Part shown: positions 1 to 9,693 of the stretch, in pieces
Layout of the letters: each line of letters begins with the position of its first letter
Numbering within the stretch: position 1 is the stretch's first letter
Origin: Escherichia coli
Lineage (GTDB): Bacteria > Pseudomonadota > Gammaproteobacteria > Enterobacterales > Enterobacteriaceae
Direction: 5' to 3' (one strand)
NCBI RefSeq assembly: GCF_009931435.1
Contig: NZ_CP043414.1
DNA length: 64,000 nt
The notes under the pieces: model-generated
The model's input: only the letters and a program-made list of their open reading frames with translations
What the model was told of the DNA's origin: nothing
Databases searched by the model: none
Position numbers and translations under genes: made by a program

Positions 1-1197
1 TGGCGCAAGCTCCAGTTGCGGATCGTGAATCAAAATGGCGTTTTCCAGATCCAGACGCCAGGCGCGTGGGTTCAGGTTATTGCCGGTGAGCAACATCCAC
101 TTATCATCAACCCACATCCCTTTCAGGTGATAGGTGTTGTCGTCATCTTTCCATAACCGAACCACTAACTGGTCAGTGTTGACGTAATACTGCAAACGGC
201 TCAGGAAACGACGCAGATTGATCTCATAGAGATAAGGCAGTGCGCCAATTATCTTGAAAGGCTCATCTTCCGGAATGTAGAAGTCATTCGCAGTTTTATC
301 GCCAACAATAATTTCGACCTTTTTCCCTTCGCGCAGTAACTGGATGATATTACGCACAAGGATTGCTGGCAGGTTGAAATATGGTGTGCAAATGGTTAGT
401 TTCTGCTCGGCACAAGGCATAAGATGGAAAATGGTCTTGTTCAACAGACTCGATTTCCCCAGGCCCACCAATGGCGTAACAGAAAGCTGATCGTTATCAG
501 CATCACCCTGGAAATGATAAGCGGCATCACGCAGCTCCTGGCGGAACAGACGAATGTCATTCTTGATTTCCGGGCTTTTTGGGCGATTAACATCATCCAA
601 ACGATTAACGCCGCGACCATTCATTATATTCTGTGTAACCCATTCGAACATAATGTCTGACATCTTGCGGTTACGAATCAGATGATAACGGTCGTAGCGG
701 TATTTATCGTGCTGATGCAGATAAACATCGTTCAAGCTGGCACCGCTATAAAGAACGCTATCGTCGATGATAAAGCCTTTAAAGTGCAGAACACCAAGGG
801 CCTCACGGGTATTGATTGGAACGCCATAAACTGGAACATCTACGCCCGGATTTTCCTGCGCCATGCGGCAGTACCAGTCAGCGTTAGTGTTAGATGCCGC
901 AGCGCCAATGCGTCCACGTTGTGCACGATGCCAGTCGACCAGCACCCGCACATCCAGTTCCGGACGCTGCCGTTTAGCCTCATACAACGCGTTCAGAATG
1001 CCTTTGCCACCGTCATCCTGTTCGAGATACAGGGCGACAATGCAAATGCGCTGCTTCGCGCTGGCTATTTTTTCCAGCAGCGTCTCCCGGAAGTCGGCGG
1101 GAGCGTAAAAGAAATCGACATCATCAACTGATTGAGAAATCTTGGGTAGTTGGGCAAGGTGTTGTTGATGTTTATTACGCTTAAATTTTGACAACAT
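1..1197 (-). CDS. pssA: CDP-diacylglycerol--serine O-phosphatidyltransferase (phosphatidylserine synthase); partial, C-terminal part lies beyond window start
   Basis: Minus-strand frame open from ATG (revcomp at 1195-1197) to window edge; translation begins MLSKFKRNKHQQHLAQLPKISQSVDD and continues through two HKG-type phospholipase-D-like motifs; synteny downstream of patZ. Confidence 0.9.
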   Translation of the reverse strand, partial: MLSKFKRNKHQQHLAQLPKISQSVDDVDFFYAPADFRETLLEKIASAKQRICIVALYLEQDDGGKGILNALYEAKRQRPELDVRVLVDWHRAQRGRIGAAASNTNADWYCRMAQENPGVDVPVYGVPINTREALGVLHFKGFIIDDSVLYSGASLNDVYLHQHDKYRYDRYHLIRNRKMSDIMFEWVTQNIMNGRGVNRLDDVNRPKSPEIKNDIRLFRQELRDAAYHFQGDADNDQLSVTPLVGLGKSSLLNKTIFHLMPCAEQKLTICTPYFNLPAILVRNIIQLLREGKKVEIIVGDKTANDFYIPEDEPFKIIGALPYLYEINLRRFLSRLQYYVNTDQLVVRLWKDDDNTYHLKGMWVDDKWMLLTGNNLNPRAWRLDLENAILIHDPQLELAP

Positions 1198-1310
1198 CAC
1201 AGTGCATTTCTTCTCTGTTCATTGAAGGGTCCTCTGTGCAATGCAGACGACATAAGCGGGCAATAATAACACCAGTCCCGATTAAGTGGTCAACATTTCC
1301 AGTACCTTAC

Positions 1311-3971
1311 TCATGATTCCTCGCGCTGGGCAAGATTTAGCGTAAGCCCAACGATCCCCTCTTCGAGCTGGATATCAACGTTAAACCCGAGCTTGCGGGC
1401 CAGCGCCACCATGCCACGATTGTTTGGCATCGTAATACCATTCAGACGTTGCAGTCCGTGATCTCGCGTATAGGTAATCAACTTTTCCATTAAGCGTCGA
1501 CCTAAGCCTAACCCTTTGAGATCCGAGCGAACCAGCACGGCAAATTCGGCATCGATGTTATCAGGGTCGGAGATCGCACGCGTGACGCCGAGGATCTCTT
1601 CCGTTTGATCAATACGTCGTACCGCTACAAATGCCATTTCCCGATCGTAGTCGATCTGCGTCATGTTGGCTAAATCTTCATGGGTAAATTCGTTGATCTC
1701 GCTAAAGTAGCGGTAATAAAGATCTTCTTTGGTGACTCGCGAAATGAACTGCTGAAGTTGTGGCTCATCTTCTGGCAAAATCGGGCGGAACAAGCAGCGT
1801 TCACCGTTTTTCAATTCTACCCATTCTTCCAGCTGATGAGGATAAGGGCGGACTGCCAGGCGACTCTCGTTATCGCCTTCAAACGGAGCGATATCCAGCG
1901 TGACATCAAGCGCGGTAAATTCATTGCCGGAAGCCAGCAAAGGATGAATATCCAGCCTCTGAATCTCCGGACAATCGACAATCAAGTTAGAAACCTGCAC
2001 CAGTAACTGGCTTAATCCCGCCACATCCAGCGGGCGTAGCGCACTACGTGCACGAATCTTTTTACTTTTGATCCCCTGAATGACCAGATAACGTGCCAGG
2101 TTCATGTTCAGCGGCGGTAGTGCGACGACGGCTTGATCTTCAGGACGCCACTCCACACCGCCTTCGCCCAGCATGATCAACGGTCCGAAAACCGGATCGT
2201 GCTCAACCACTACTCGCAACTCCTGAGCGCCAGCACGGTTAGCCATACTTTGTACCAACAGGCCGTGGATACACGCCTGCGGCCAGGCCATTTTTACGCG
2301 ATCGAAAATAGCATTTGCGGCTTGCTGGACTTCATTGGCTGTACGCAAGTAGAGCATGACGCCCTGAACTTCTGATTTATGTGGAATATCCGGCGAGCGT
2401 AATTTTAGTGCCACCGGATAACCAATCTGTTCGGCAATATGCACAGCCTCGGTGCTGTCAGTGGCAATCCAGGTGGGAAGTGTGTTCATGCCGTACGCTT
2501 GCAGGATAGGCTGAACTTCATGGGTATCGAGCGACGTTGCCCCTTCGACAATGGCCTGTTGCAACAGAAGATGCGCTTCTGCGGTATTAGAGGTCAGATT
2601 GCTGGGCAACGCCGGCGTTTCGCGTAGTTGCTTCTGATTACGCCGGTACTCCACCATATGCATAAAAGCGGTGATGGTTCCTTCCGGGGTGCGGTAGGTC
2701 GGCAGCCCGGCTTCGCTGAATAAACGTCGTGCCTCTTGCGAGGAGTGCTCGCCGCACCAGTTCGTCAGCAGAGAAACATACTTGCTGCGGGGATGATGCT
2801 TTACCGCTTCAATTAATGCATGCGCGCTTTCTGTTGCGGGAGCTGCGGCGCTGGGCGAATGAATAACCATCAGCGCATCAAAATCCTGACTGTGGAGCAG
2901 AATATCCAGCGTTTTAATATAATGCTCACTGCTGGCGTCATCGCGAAGATCGAGTGGGTTAGAGATTGCCACATGTTCTGGCAGTGCATCGCGCAATTTC
3001 TGGCAGGTTTCTTCACTGAGCGTAGCCAGCTTGCCATTGCGTGACCATAAGGCATCCAGCGCCAGTGCGGCAGGTGCTGCACCGTTGCTGATAATCATCA
3101 GCCGCTCTCCACGTAGCGGGCGCATATGGCTAAGGGTTTCGACTGCCGAAAACAGCTCGTGGGTATCCTGCACTCGCAACAAACCGGCGCGCTGAATAGC
3201 TGCATCCCAAGCAGGATCCATTCCTGCCGTGGTGTTCAGTAGTCGTTGCGCCGCCGGGCTACGTCCGCTTTTAATCACCAGAATCGGTTTATTACGTGAG
3301 GCGCTACGTGCAGCCGAAACAAAACGTCGCGCATCACTTAATTGTTCGAGGTAGAGCAGGATTGCACTAGTTTTGCTGTCGCGCGCCAGATAATCGAGCA
3401 ATTCATCAACGTCGATATCCAGACTGTCGCCGAGAGCAATAAAGTAGGAAAAGCCCATTTCCCGCTGTTGTGCCCAGTCGAGGATGGTATTGGAGACGGC
3501 GGCAGACTGCGAAATAAACGCCAGTTTGCCGCGTTTAATCGGTACAGGCGAAAAGCTGGCATTCAGGCCTTGCCAGGGGGCCAGTAATCCCAGACTGTTT
3601 GGCCCCAGCAGACGCATGTTATGGCGCAGGGCGCAGGCGCGGAGATCTTCGTGTTGCGATGCCGGGGCGGAAAGAATAATGCAGGTTTTACAGCCTTTCT
3701 CGCCGAGCTCTTCCAGAAGAGTAAGATTGCGGCTGGCATTGGTACATAAAACCGCAAGATCGGGTGTAAAGGGCAGGCTGGCAATATCCGGCCAGGCCAA
3801 CACACCCAACACCGCTTTCCAGGCAGGCGTCACCGGGAGTACCGGCCCGTTAAATCCCCCCGCCAGCAGGTTACGCATCATCAGGTAACCTGCGCGATTG
3901 GGTTTCATCGATGCGCCAATTACCGCAATCGATTTTGGTCGCAGTAGTGCTTCCAGTCCTCGCTGACTCAT
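1311..3971 (-). CDS. patZ: Protein lysine acetyltransferase: NDP-forming acyl-CoA synthetase-like region fused to C-terminal GNAT domain
   Basis: 886-aa ORF; N-terminal CoA-binding/succinyl-CoA-synthetase-like segment, C-terminal GNAT motif KGLGLGRRLM; length and synteny match yfiQ/pka. Confidence 0.9.
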   Translation of the reverse strand: MSQRGLEALLRPKSIAVIGASMKPNRAGYLMMRNLLAGGFNGPVLPVTPAWKAVLGVLAWPDIASLPFTPDLAVLCTNASRNLTLLEELGEKGCKTCIILSAPASQHEDLRACALRHNMRLLGPNSLGLLAPWQGLNASFSPVPIKRGKLAFISQSAAVSNTILDWAQQREMGFSYFIALGDSLDIDVDELLDYLARDSKTSAILLYLEQLSDARRFVSAARSASRNKPILVIKSGRSPAAQRLLNTTAGMDPAWDAAIQRAGLLRVQDTHELFSAVETLSHMRPLRGERLMIISNGAAPAALALDALWSRNGKLATLSEETCQKLRDALPEHVAISNPLDLRDDASSEHYIKTLDILLHSQDFDALMVIHSPSAAAPATESAHALIEAVKHHPRSKYVSLLTNWCGEHSSQEARRLFSEAGLPTYRTPEGTITAFMHMVEYRRNQKQLRETPALPSNLTSNTAEAHLLLQQAIVEGATSLDTHEVQPILQAYGMNTLPTWIATDSTEAVHIAEQIGYPVALKLRSPDIPHKSEVQGVMLYLRTANEVQQAANAIFDRVKMAWPQACIHGLLVQSMANRAGAQELRVVVEHDPVFGPLIMLGEGGVEWRPEDQAVVALPPLNMNLARYLVIQGIKSKKIRARSALRPLDVAGLSQLLVQVSNLIVDCPEIQRLDIHPLLASGNEFTALDVTLDIAPFEGDNESRLAVRPYPHQLEEWVELKNGERCLFRPILPEDEPQLQQFISRVTKEDLYYRYFSEINEFTHEDLANMTQIDYDREMAFVAVRRIDQTEEILGVTRAISDPDNIDAEFAVLVRSDLKGLGLGRRLMEKLITYTRDHGLQRLNGITMPNNRGMVALARKLGFNVDIQLEEGIVGLTLNLAQREES

Positions 3972-4002
3972 ATCGGTCTCCCGCAGAAGTGACCGAATGA
4001 TT

Positions 4003-4701
4003 TTAAACGCTTTCTAACTGTTCTGCTGTGATGCTACCCAGATGTTGCGTTTTTCCTGCCAGATAGCGTGTTTTAAAGCGGGTGAAATACTCGCCTAGAC
4101 CTGCCGCCGCTCCGGTATCGCCGGCCATATCTAACAGTGCGATGGCAACTTCGGCAGTGCAGTATTGGCCTTCAGCCTGGGCTTCACGCAGGCGATAGGC
4201 AGAAAGCCGGGAAAGATCGACGGAAATGACGGGAAGATTATCCAGATACGGACTTTTACGAAACATCTTGCGAGCTTCCGGCCAGGTACCATCGAGCATG
4301 ATAAACAGCGGTGGCTTACCAGCAGGTGGTGTAAAAATCACTTCCCGTTGCTCATCAGCATACGAGGCGGGAAAGACCACCATTGGCTGATAATCCGGGT
4401 TTTGTACCAGAGCCAGCAAATCCTGCGAGGGTTCGGTACGGGACCATTGAAACGCGACGGTATTTGGCAAGATATCGGCAATCAGACGCCCGGTGTTACT
4501 GGGCTTCATTGGCTCGGTGTCGAACATCAGCAAACAAAAGCGACTTTTAGCTTCCGCTGGAGTAATTGTCGAACAGAGACATAATTTCTCTGGCAAAAGA
4601 CAGCGTTGGCAGCGACGAACGCGATTACCGCGGGCAAGAAAAGGACGTGTTGCGCGCGCAATACGCTCGGCGCGTAACTGGAGAACAGCGTTTTCGGTCA
4701 T
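4003..4701 (-). CDS. tapT: DTW-domain protein, tRNA-uridine aminocarboxypropyltransferase family
   Basis: ORF track gives 254 aa; start moved to ATG at 4699-4701 (MTENAVLQLRAERIA, 232 aa); DTW motif LDGTWPEA and CxxC pairs present. Confidence 0.8.
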   Translation of the reverse strand: MTENAVLQLRAERIARATRPFLARGNRVRRCQRCLLPEKLCLCSTITPAEAKSRFCLLMFDTEPMKPSNTGRLIADILPNTVAFQWSRTEPSQDLLALVQNPDYQPMVVFPASYADEQREVIFTPPAGKPPLFIMLDGTWPEARKMFRKSPYLDNLPVISVDLSRLSAYRLREAQAEGQYCTAEVAIALLDMAGDTGAAAGLGEYFTRFKTRYLAGKTQHLGSITAEQLESV

Positions 4702-4769
4702 AAGAGAGCGTCGAAAAAACGCCATTGTCGCAGAGGAGAAAACGGGGCACAAGATGCACCCCGACAAGA

Positions 4770-5189
4770 TTAAAGCGATTCGTTCAGCCAGCTATCGAAA
4801 GGTGCTTTTGGTACTGCGCCATTAAGCATGTCGACAACCTGACCGTTTTTGAAAATCATGATTGTCGGAATGCTACGAATACCAAAGCGGCTGCTTAATT
4901 CACGTTCAGCTTCGGTATTCACTTTCACAAAGCGCACTTTACCGCTACGTTCTTGCGCAACATCTTCAAAAATTGGTGCGAAATTACGGCAGGGGCCGCA
5001 CCACGGCGCCCAGAAGTCGATCACCACAGGCAGATCATCTTTCAGCAATTTATCGAGCGTTTCACCGGTCGCATTAATCACCTCTCCGTCAAATAAGTCG
5101 TGACCGCAGCGTCCGCATTTTGCCGCATCTTCGATCCGATCGTCGGGAATGCGATTGATGGCCTGACAATGGGTACAAACGGTATTCAT
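4770..5189 (-). CDS. trxC: Thioredoxin 2 with N-terminal zinc-finger extension
   Basis: 139 aa; N-terminal CTHCQ...CGRCGH double CxxC, WCGPC active site. Confidence 0.92.
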
Positions 5190-5395
5190 AACTAACCTCG
5201 GGATGAGTAAGGAGACTTATCGGCAACGACGCCGGTATGTTTCTAATATGTTACATATTATCGGGGACATTGTTCCAGACAACAATCTGTTTTATTCAAT
5301 AGGTATGATAGTCGCAGGCTTTGGTACGAAATCATGGCGAACCGCGCGCACTTCGGGTAATCTGCGCGCTTCGCGCAGCGCTGGTGGAGAAAAGC

Positions 5396-6433
5396 ATGAA
5401 CGATGAGATGAAAGGTAAAAGCGGCAAGGTCAAAGTGATGTATGTCCGCAGTGATGATGATTCTGATAAACGTACCCATAACCCGCGTACCGGGAAAGGG
5501 GGCGGGCGTCCAGGAAAATCTCGTGCCGACGGTGGCCGTCGCCCCGCCCGCGATGACAAACAAAGTCAGCCCCGTGACCGCAAGTGGGAAGAGTCTCCGT
5601 GGCGCACGGTTTCCCGCGCGCCGGGTGATGAGACGCCGGAAAAGGCCGATCACGGTGGCATCAGTGGTAAAAGTTTTATTGATCCGGAAGTGTTGCGTCG
5701 TCAGCGTGCGGAAGAAACCCGCGTCTACGGCGAAAACGCCTGTCAGGCACTGTTCCAGAGCCGCCCCGAAGCGATTGTTCGCGCCTGGTTTATTCAGAGC
5801 GTAACGCCACGTTTTAAAGAAGCATTGCGCTGGATGGCGGCAAACCGCAAAGCGTATCATGTGGTGGATGAAGCGGAACTGACCAAAGCGTCAGGCACGG
5901 AACATCACGGCGGCGTTTGCTTCCTGATCAAAAAGCGTAACGGTACAACCGTGCAGCAGTGGGTAAGTCAGGCAGGTGCGCAGGATTGTGTACTGGCACT
6001 GGAAAACGAATCTAACCCGCATAACCTGGGTGGCATGATGCGCAGTTGCGCGCACTTCGGCGTGAAAGGCGTCGTGGTGCAGGATGCGGCGTTGCTGGAA
6101 TCCGGTGCGGCTATCCGTACCGCAGAAGGCGGTGCAGAGCATGTTCAGCCGATTACTGGCGACAACATTGTTAACGTGCTGGATGACTTCCGCCAGGCGG
6201 GTTACACCGTAGTGACCACCTCCAGCGAGCAGGGTAAACCGCTGTTCAAAACCAGTCTGCCAGAGAAAATGGTGCTAGTGCTGGGTCAGGAATATGAAGG
6301 GTTACCGGATGCCGCACGCGATCCGAACGATTTGCGCGTGAAGATTGATGGTACGGGCAACGTTGCCGGGCTAAATATCTCTGTTGCAACCGGCGTTTTG
6401 CTTGGTGAATGGTGGCGTCAGAATAAAGCCTGA
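5396..6433 (+). CDS. yfiF: SpoU/TrmH-family RNA 2'-O-methyltransferase with basic low-complexity N-terminal extension
   Basis: ORF track 370 aa; start moved to ATG 5396 ([14 protein letters not shown], 345 aa); C-terminal SpoU-like region, N-terminal K/R/G/D-rich ~95 aa. Confidence 0.8.
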   Translation: MNDEMKGKSGKVKVMYVRSDDDSDKRTHNPRTGKGGGRPGKSRADGGRRPARDDKQSQPRDRKWEESPWRTVSRAPGDETPEKADHGGISGKSFIDPEVLRRQRAEETRVYGENACQALFQSRPEAIVRAWFIQSVTPRFKEALRWMAANRKAYHVVDEAELTKASGTEHHGGVCFLIKKRNGTTVQQWVSQAGAQDCVLALENESNPHNLGGMMRSCAHFGVKGVVVQDAALLESGAAIRTAEGGAEHVQPITGDNIVNVLDDFRQAGYTVVTTSSEQGKPLFKTSLPEKMVLVLGQEYEGLPDAARDPNDLRVKIDGTGNVAGLNISVATGVLLGEWWRQNKA

Positions 6434-6480
6434 TAAATCAGCCGGGTGGCAACGCTGCCATCCGGCGTTTTCCTGCAAAT

Positions 6481-7170
6481 TTACTCACTTTCTGCCGGTA
6501 ATACTGGCATCCAGTCAATCGGTTTCTCGCCACGTTGTTCCAGCCACTGATTTGCCAGCACAAAATGGTTGCAGCCAAAGAACCCACGATGCGCCGAAAG
6601 CGGTGATGGATGCGGCGCTTTCAGTATGTGATGGCGTTGTTTATCAATAATCGCCCCTTTCTTCTGTGCATGTGATCCCCACAACAAAAACACCACGCCT
6701 TCGCGATGCTGGTTGATCAGGCTGATGACTTTATCGGTGAAGGTCTCCCAGCCGAGGCTAGCGTGGGAATGCGCCTGACCTGCGCGAACCGTCAACACAG
6801 TATTGAGTAGCAGAACGCCCTGACGCGCCCAGCTTTCAAGATAACCATGATTAGGGCGGGTGAAACCGGGAATAGTATTTTCCAGCTCTTTATACATATT
6901 CAGCAGTGACGGCGGTGTCGCAATGCCGGGGCGAACGGAAAATGCCAGACCATGCGCCTGTCCCGGTCCGTGATAAGGATCCTGGCCGAGAATCACCACT
7001 TTAACGTCACCCAACTCTGTAAAGCGGAACGCGTTAAAGACATCCTTTTGTGGCGGATAGATAGTGACGCCGGCCTGCCGCTCGCTGGCGACGGTCTGTA
7101 GGGTATTAAGAAAATAGGGTTGCTGCTTCTCTTCAGCCAGCACGTCATGCCAGGTTAATTCGTTTGCCAT
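6481..7170 (-). CDS. ung: Uracil-DNA glycosylase
   Basis: 229 aa; [18 protein letters not shown] and [14 protein letters not shown] motifs. Confidence 0.95.
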   Translation of the reverse strand: MANELTWHDVLAEEKQQPYFLNTLQTVASERQAGVTIYPPQKDVFNAFRFTELGDVKVVILGQDPYHGPGQAHGLAFSVRPGIATPPSLLNMYKELENTIPGFTRPNHGYLESWARQGVLLLNTVLTVRAGQAHSHASLGWETFTDKVISLINQHREGVVFLLWGSHAQKKGAIIDKQRHHILKAPHPSPLSAHRGFFGCNHFVLANQWLEQRGEKPIDWMPVLPAESE

Positions 7171-7300
7171 CTCGCTCTCCCGCGAATCTTCAATCCGCCT
7201 AGCTTAACTGCTTCTTTCTACAGAACAAAATCATGCTCATTTTTTAGACTTAAACGAGTGCAAAAAAATGTAAATTGGTAAAATTTCACACCTGCATAAG

Positions 7301-7314
7301 TTGATGTAAAACAA
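7301..7314 (+). promoter_or_regulatory. Distal FNR/CRP-family half-site pair (TTGATgtaaAACAA) upstream of grcA
   Basis: Partial match to TTGAT-N4-ATCAA, centred 53 bp upstream of the perfect site at 7354-7367. Confidence 0.45.
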
Positions 7315-7353
7315 TAAAATCCATTTGCGACCACACTTGATGTGTGGTTTTTA

Positions 7354-7367
7354 TTGATTTAAATCAA
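7354..7367 (+). promoter_or_regulatory. FNR binding site, perfect TTGAT-N4-ATCAA, grcA promoter
   Basis: Sequence TTGATTTAAATCAA about 108 bp upstream of grcA ATG. Confidence 0.65.
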
Positions 7368-7474
7368 AGAATCAAGGGTGTTTGAGGAGTATATATACAC
7401 TCAAGCAACAATGGTTTTACCAATTGGCCGCGACAGGCTAATCAAATCAAATAATTTTGCCGGGGAGGCATCAC

Positions 7475-7858
7475 ATGATTACAGGTATCCAGATTACTAA
7501 AGCTGCTAATGACGATCTGCTGAACTCTTTCTGGCTGCTGGACAGCGAAAAAGGCGAAGCGCGTTGCATCGTTGCGAAAGCAGGTTTTGCAGAAGACGAA
7601 GTGGTTGCAGTAAGCAAACTGGGTGACATTGAATACCGTGAAGTTCCAGTAGAAGTTAAACCAGAAGTTCGCGTTGAAGGTGGTCAGCACCTGAACGTAA
7701 ACGTTCTGCGTCGTGAAACTCTGGAAGATGCAGTTAAGCATCCGGAAAAATATCCGCAGCTGACCATCCGTGTATCCGGTTATGCAGTTCGCTTTAACTC
7801 TCTGACTCCGGAACAGCAGCGCGATGTTATCGCTCGTACCTTTACTGAAAGCCTGTAA
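7475..7858 (+). CDS. grcA: Autonomous glycyl radical cofactor (spare part for pyruvate formate-lyase)
   Basis: ORF track 133 aa; start at ATG 7475 ([13 protein letters not shown], 127 aa); C-terminal glycyl-radical motif RVSGYAVRF. Confidence 0.95.
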
Positions 7859-7880
7859 GGTTTAAGTAGCAAGTTACTAA

Positions 7881-7911
7881 GCGGAAGAGGGCGACCTCTT
7901 CCGCTTTTTTT
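7881..7911 (+). terminator. Intrinsic terminator after grcA
   Basis: GC-rich hairpin GCGGAAGAGG-gcga-CCTCTTCCGC followed by T7 run. Confidence 0.75.
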
Positions 7912-7913
7912 CA

Positions 7914-8501
7914 TTAACAGAAAATGCGCACCGCGCAATAGACCAGCAACAACGCCAGCACGATATTTAACTGGCGACCATACTGGCGAAACAATCGCTG
8001 AAACAGATGCCCCGCCAGCGCCCAGCACACATTGCCAAAGGTCCCAATCATTGCCAGCAAAACGCTGACGCCAATCACCCAGCTTAACGCCTGCGTTTGT
8101 GGCAGGATAAATGTCGACAGTGCTGTAATGCCGTACAAAATAATTTTGACGTTCACAAACTGCAAAGCAAAGCTGGCCCAGAAGCTGATCGGTTTGGCCT
8201 GAAGTCCGTCTTCCTTGGTTGGACTGGTAGCGATTTTCCACGCCAGCCAGACAATATATGCCGCTCCTGCCCAACTCAAAAGGTGCACCGCTGCTGGGTC
8301 AATAACAGCCAGTGAAAATGAAATTCCTGCACACAGTAACATCACAATCAAAAATCCCAGACTCATCCCTGCCAGCACGTGGGTACTCCGACGAAATCCA
8401 TGCGACGTGGCAGAGCTAAGAGCGAGTATATTGTTTGGTCCTGGCGTCAGGGCGGTAATCAGGGTGTAGGTCCAAAAAGCACTTAAAAGGGTCGGTGTCA
8501 C
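7914..8501 (-). CDS. eamB: LysE/RhtB-family cysteine/O-acetylserine exporter
   Basis: 195 aa, multi-pass hydrophobic protein; synteny between grcA and yfiE. Confidence 0.88.
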   Translation of the reverse strand: MTPTLLSAFWTYTLITALTPGPNNILALSSATSHGFRRSTHVLAGMSLGFLIVMLLCAGISFSLAVIDPAAVHLLSWAGAAYIVWLAWKIATSPTKEDGLQAKPISFWASFALQFVNVKIILYGITALSTFILPQTQALSWVIGVSVLLAMIGTFGNVCWALAGHLFQRLFRQYGRQLNIVLALLLVYCAVRIFC

Positions 8502-8603
8502 TTGTTATCTCCTCTGTTTTGGTAGACAGTACCCGACACAAAACATTTAAAAAAATGAATGTTTTCACATTCTAAATTCGATATTTTCGATAGGTTTGGA
8601 GTT

Positions 8604-9485
8604 ATGGATCTGCGCCGTTTTATTACGCTTAAAACCGTGGTGGAAGAGGGTTCCTTTTTGCGAGCTTCGCAAAAATTGTGTTGCACACAATCGACGGTGA
8701 CTTTTCATATTCAGCAGCTTGAACAGGAGTTCTCAGTACAATTGTTTGAGAAAATTGGCCGACGGATGTGCCTCACTCGCGAAGGCAAAAAGTTGCTGCC
8801 GCACATCTATGAACTCACCAGAGTGATGGATACGCTTCGTGAGGCTGCCAAAAAAGAGTCTGATCCGGACGGAGAACTGCGCGTTGTTTCAGGCGAAACG
8901 CTGCTCTCTTACCGAATGCCGCAGGTGTTGCAGCGTTTTCGGCAACGTGCACCAAAAGTGCGTTTATCACTGCAGTCGCTGAACTGTTACGTGATCCGTG
9001 ATGCTCTACTGAATGATGAGGCCGACGTCGGTGTTTTTTATCGCGTAGGAAATGATGATGCTCTGAATCGACGAGAATTGGGTGAACAATCGCTGGTGCT
9101 GGTGGCTTCACCGCAAATTGCAGATATCGATTTTACCCAGCCGGGAAGACATAACGCCTGTAGTTTTATTATCAACGAACCGCAATGTGTCTTCCGGCAG
9201 ATATTTGAGAGCACGCTGCGCCAGCGGCGGATCACGGTGGAAAATACCATTGAGCTTATAAGTATCGAAAGCATAAAGCGTTGTGTCGCGGCGAATATCG
9301 GAGTTAGCTATCTGCCGCGTTTTGCGGTGGCAAAAGAGTTGGAGTGCGGAGAATTAATCGAATTGCCTTTTGGCGAACAGTCGCAGACCATTACGGCAAT
9401 GTGCGCACACCATGCCGGGAAAGCGGTTAGCCCGGCGATGCACACTTTTATTCAGTGTGTTGAAGAGTGTTTTTTGCCGGGATAA
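8604..9485 (+). CDS. yfiE: LysR-family transcriptional regulator
   Basis: ORF track 308 aa; start at ATG 8604 (MDLRRFITLKTVVEEGSF, 293 aa); N-terminal wHTH, divergent from eamB. Confidence 0.85.
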   Translation: MDLRRFITLKTVVEEGSFLRASQKLCCTQSTVTFHIQQLEQEFSVQLFEKIGRRMCLTREGKKLLPHIYELTRVMDTLREAAKKESDPDGELRVVSGETLLSYRMPQVLQRFRQRAPKVRLSLQSLNCYVIRDALLNDEADVGVFYRVGNDDALNRRELGEQSLVLVASPQIADIDFTQPGRHNACSFIINEPQCVFRQIFESTLRQRRITVENTIELISIESIKRCVAANIGVSYLPRFAVAKELECGELIELPFGEQSQTITAMCAHHAGKAVSPAMHTFIQCVEECFLPG

Positions 9486-9543
9486 AAATAATGCCGGGCT
9501 TAAACCCGGCACCCAACTTGTCGACGAAGTGCGTTTTGTTCAT

Positions 9544-9641
9544 GCCGGATGCGGCGTGAACGCCTTATCCGGCCTACAAGATCGTGCAAATTCAATATAT
9601 TGCATGAGCCATGTAGGCCTGATAAGCGTAGCGCATCAGGC
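9544..9641. repeat. REP doublet (BIME): two inverted REP copies
   Basis: GCCGGATGCGGCGTGAACGCCTTATCCGGCCTAC (9544-9577) and inverted GTAGGCCTGATAAGCGTAGCGCATCAGGC (9613-9641). Confidence 0.85.
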
Positions 9642-9693
9642 AGTTTTGCGTTTGCCAGCACTTTTAATTCCGGGCTTAAACCCGGAATTAAGA

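Noticed and set aside
424-1131. Plus-strand ORFs of 78, 149 and 81 aa at the window start
   Set aside because: They lie antisense within pssA, whose minus-strand frame is continuous to the window edge with the conserved PssA N-terminus; no support for independent genes.
7331-7355. Hairpin plus T-run upstream of grcA as the terminator of an unannotated plus-strand small RNA
   Set aside because: It lies between the two FNR-type sites of the grcA promoter and I see no convincing promoter upstream on the plus strand; more likely a promoter-architecture element. Kept only as a low-interest finding.
9544-9641. REP/BIME inverted repeats considered as a possible CRISPR array or IS terminal repeats
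   Set aside because: Only two to three copies, in inverted rather than direct orientation, no regular spacers, and no transposase or cas gene nearby; sequence matches the REP consensus.
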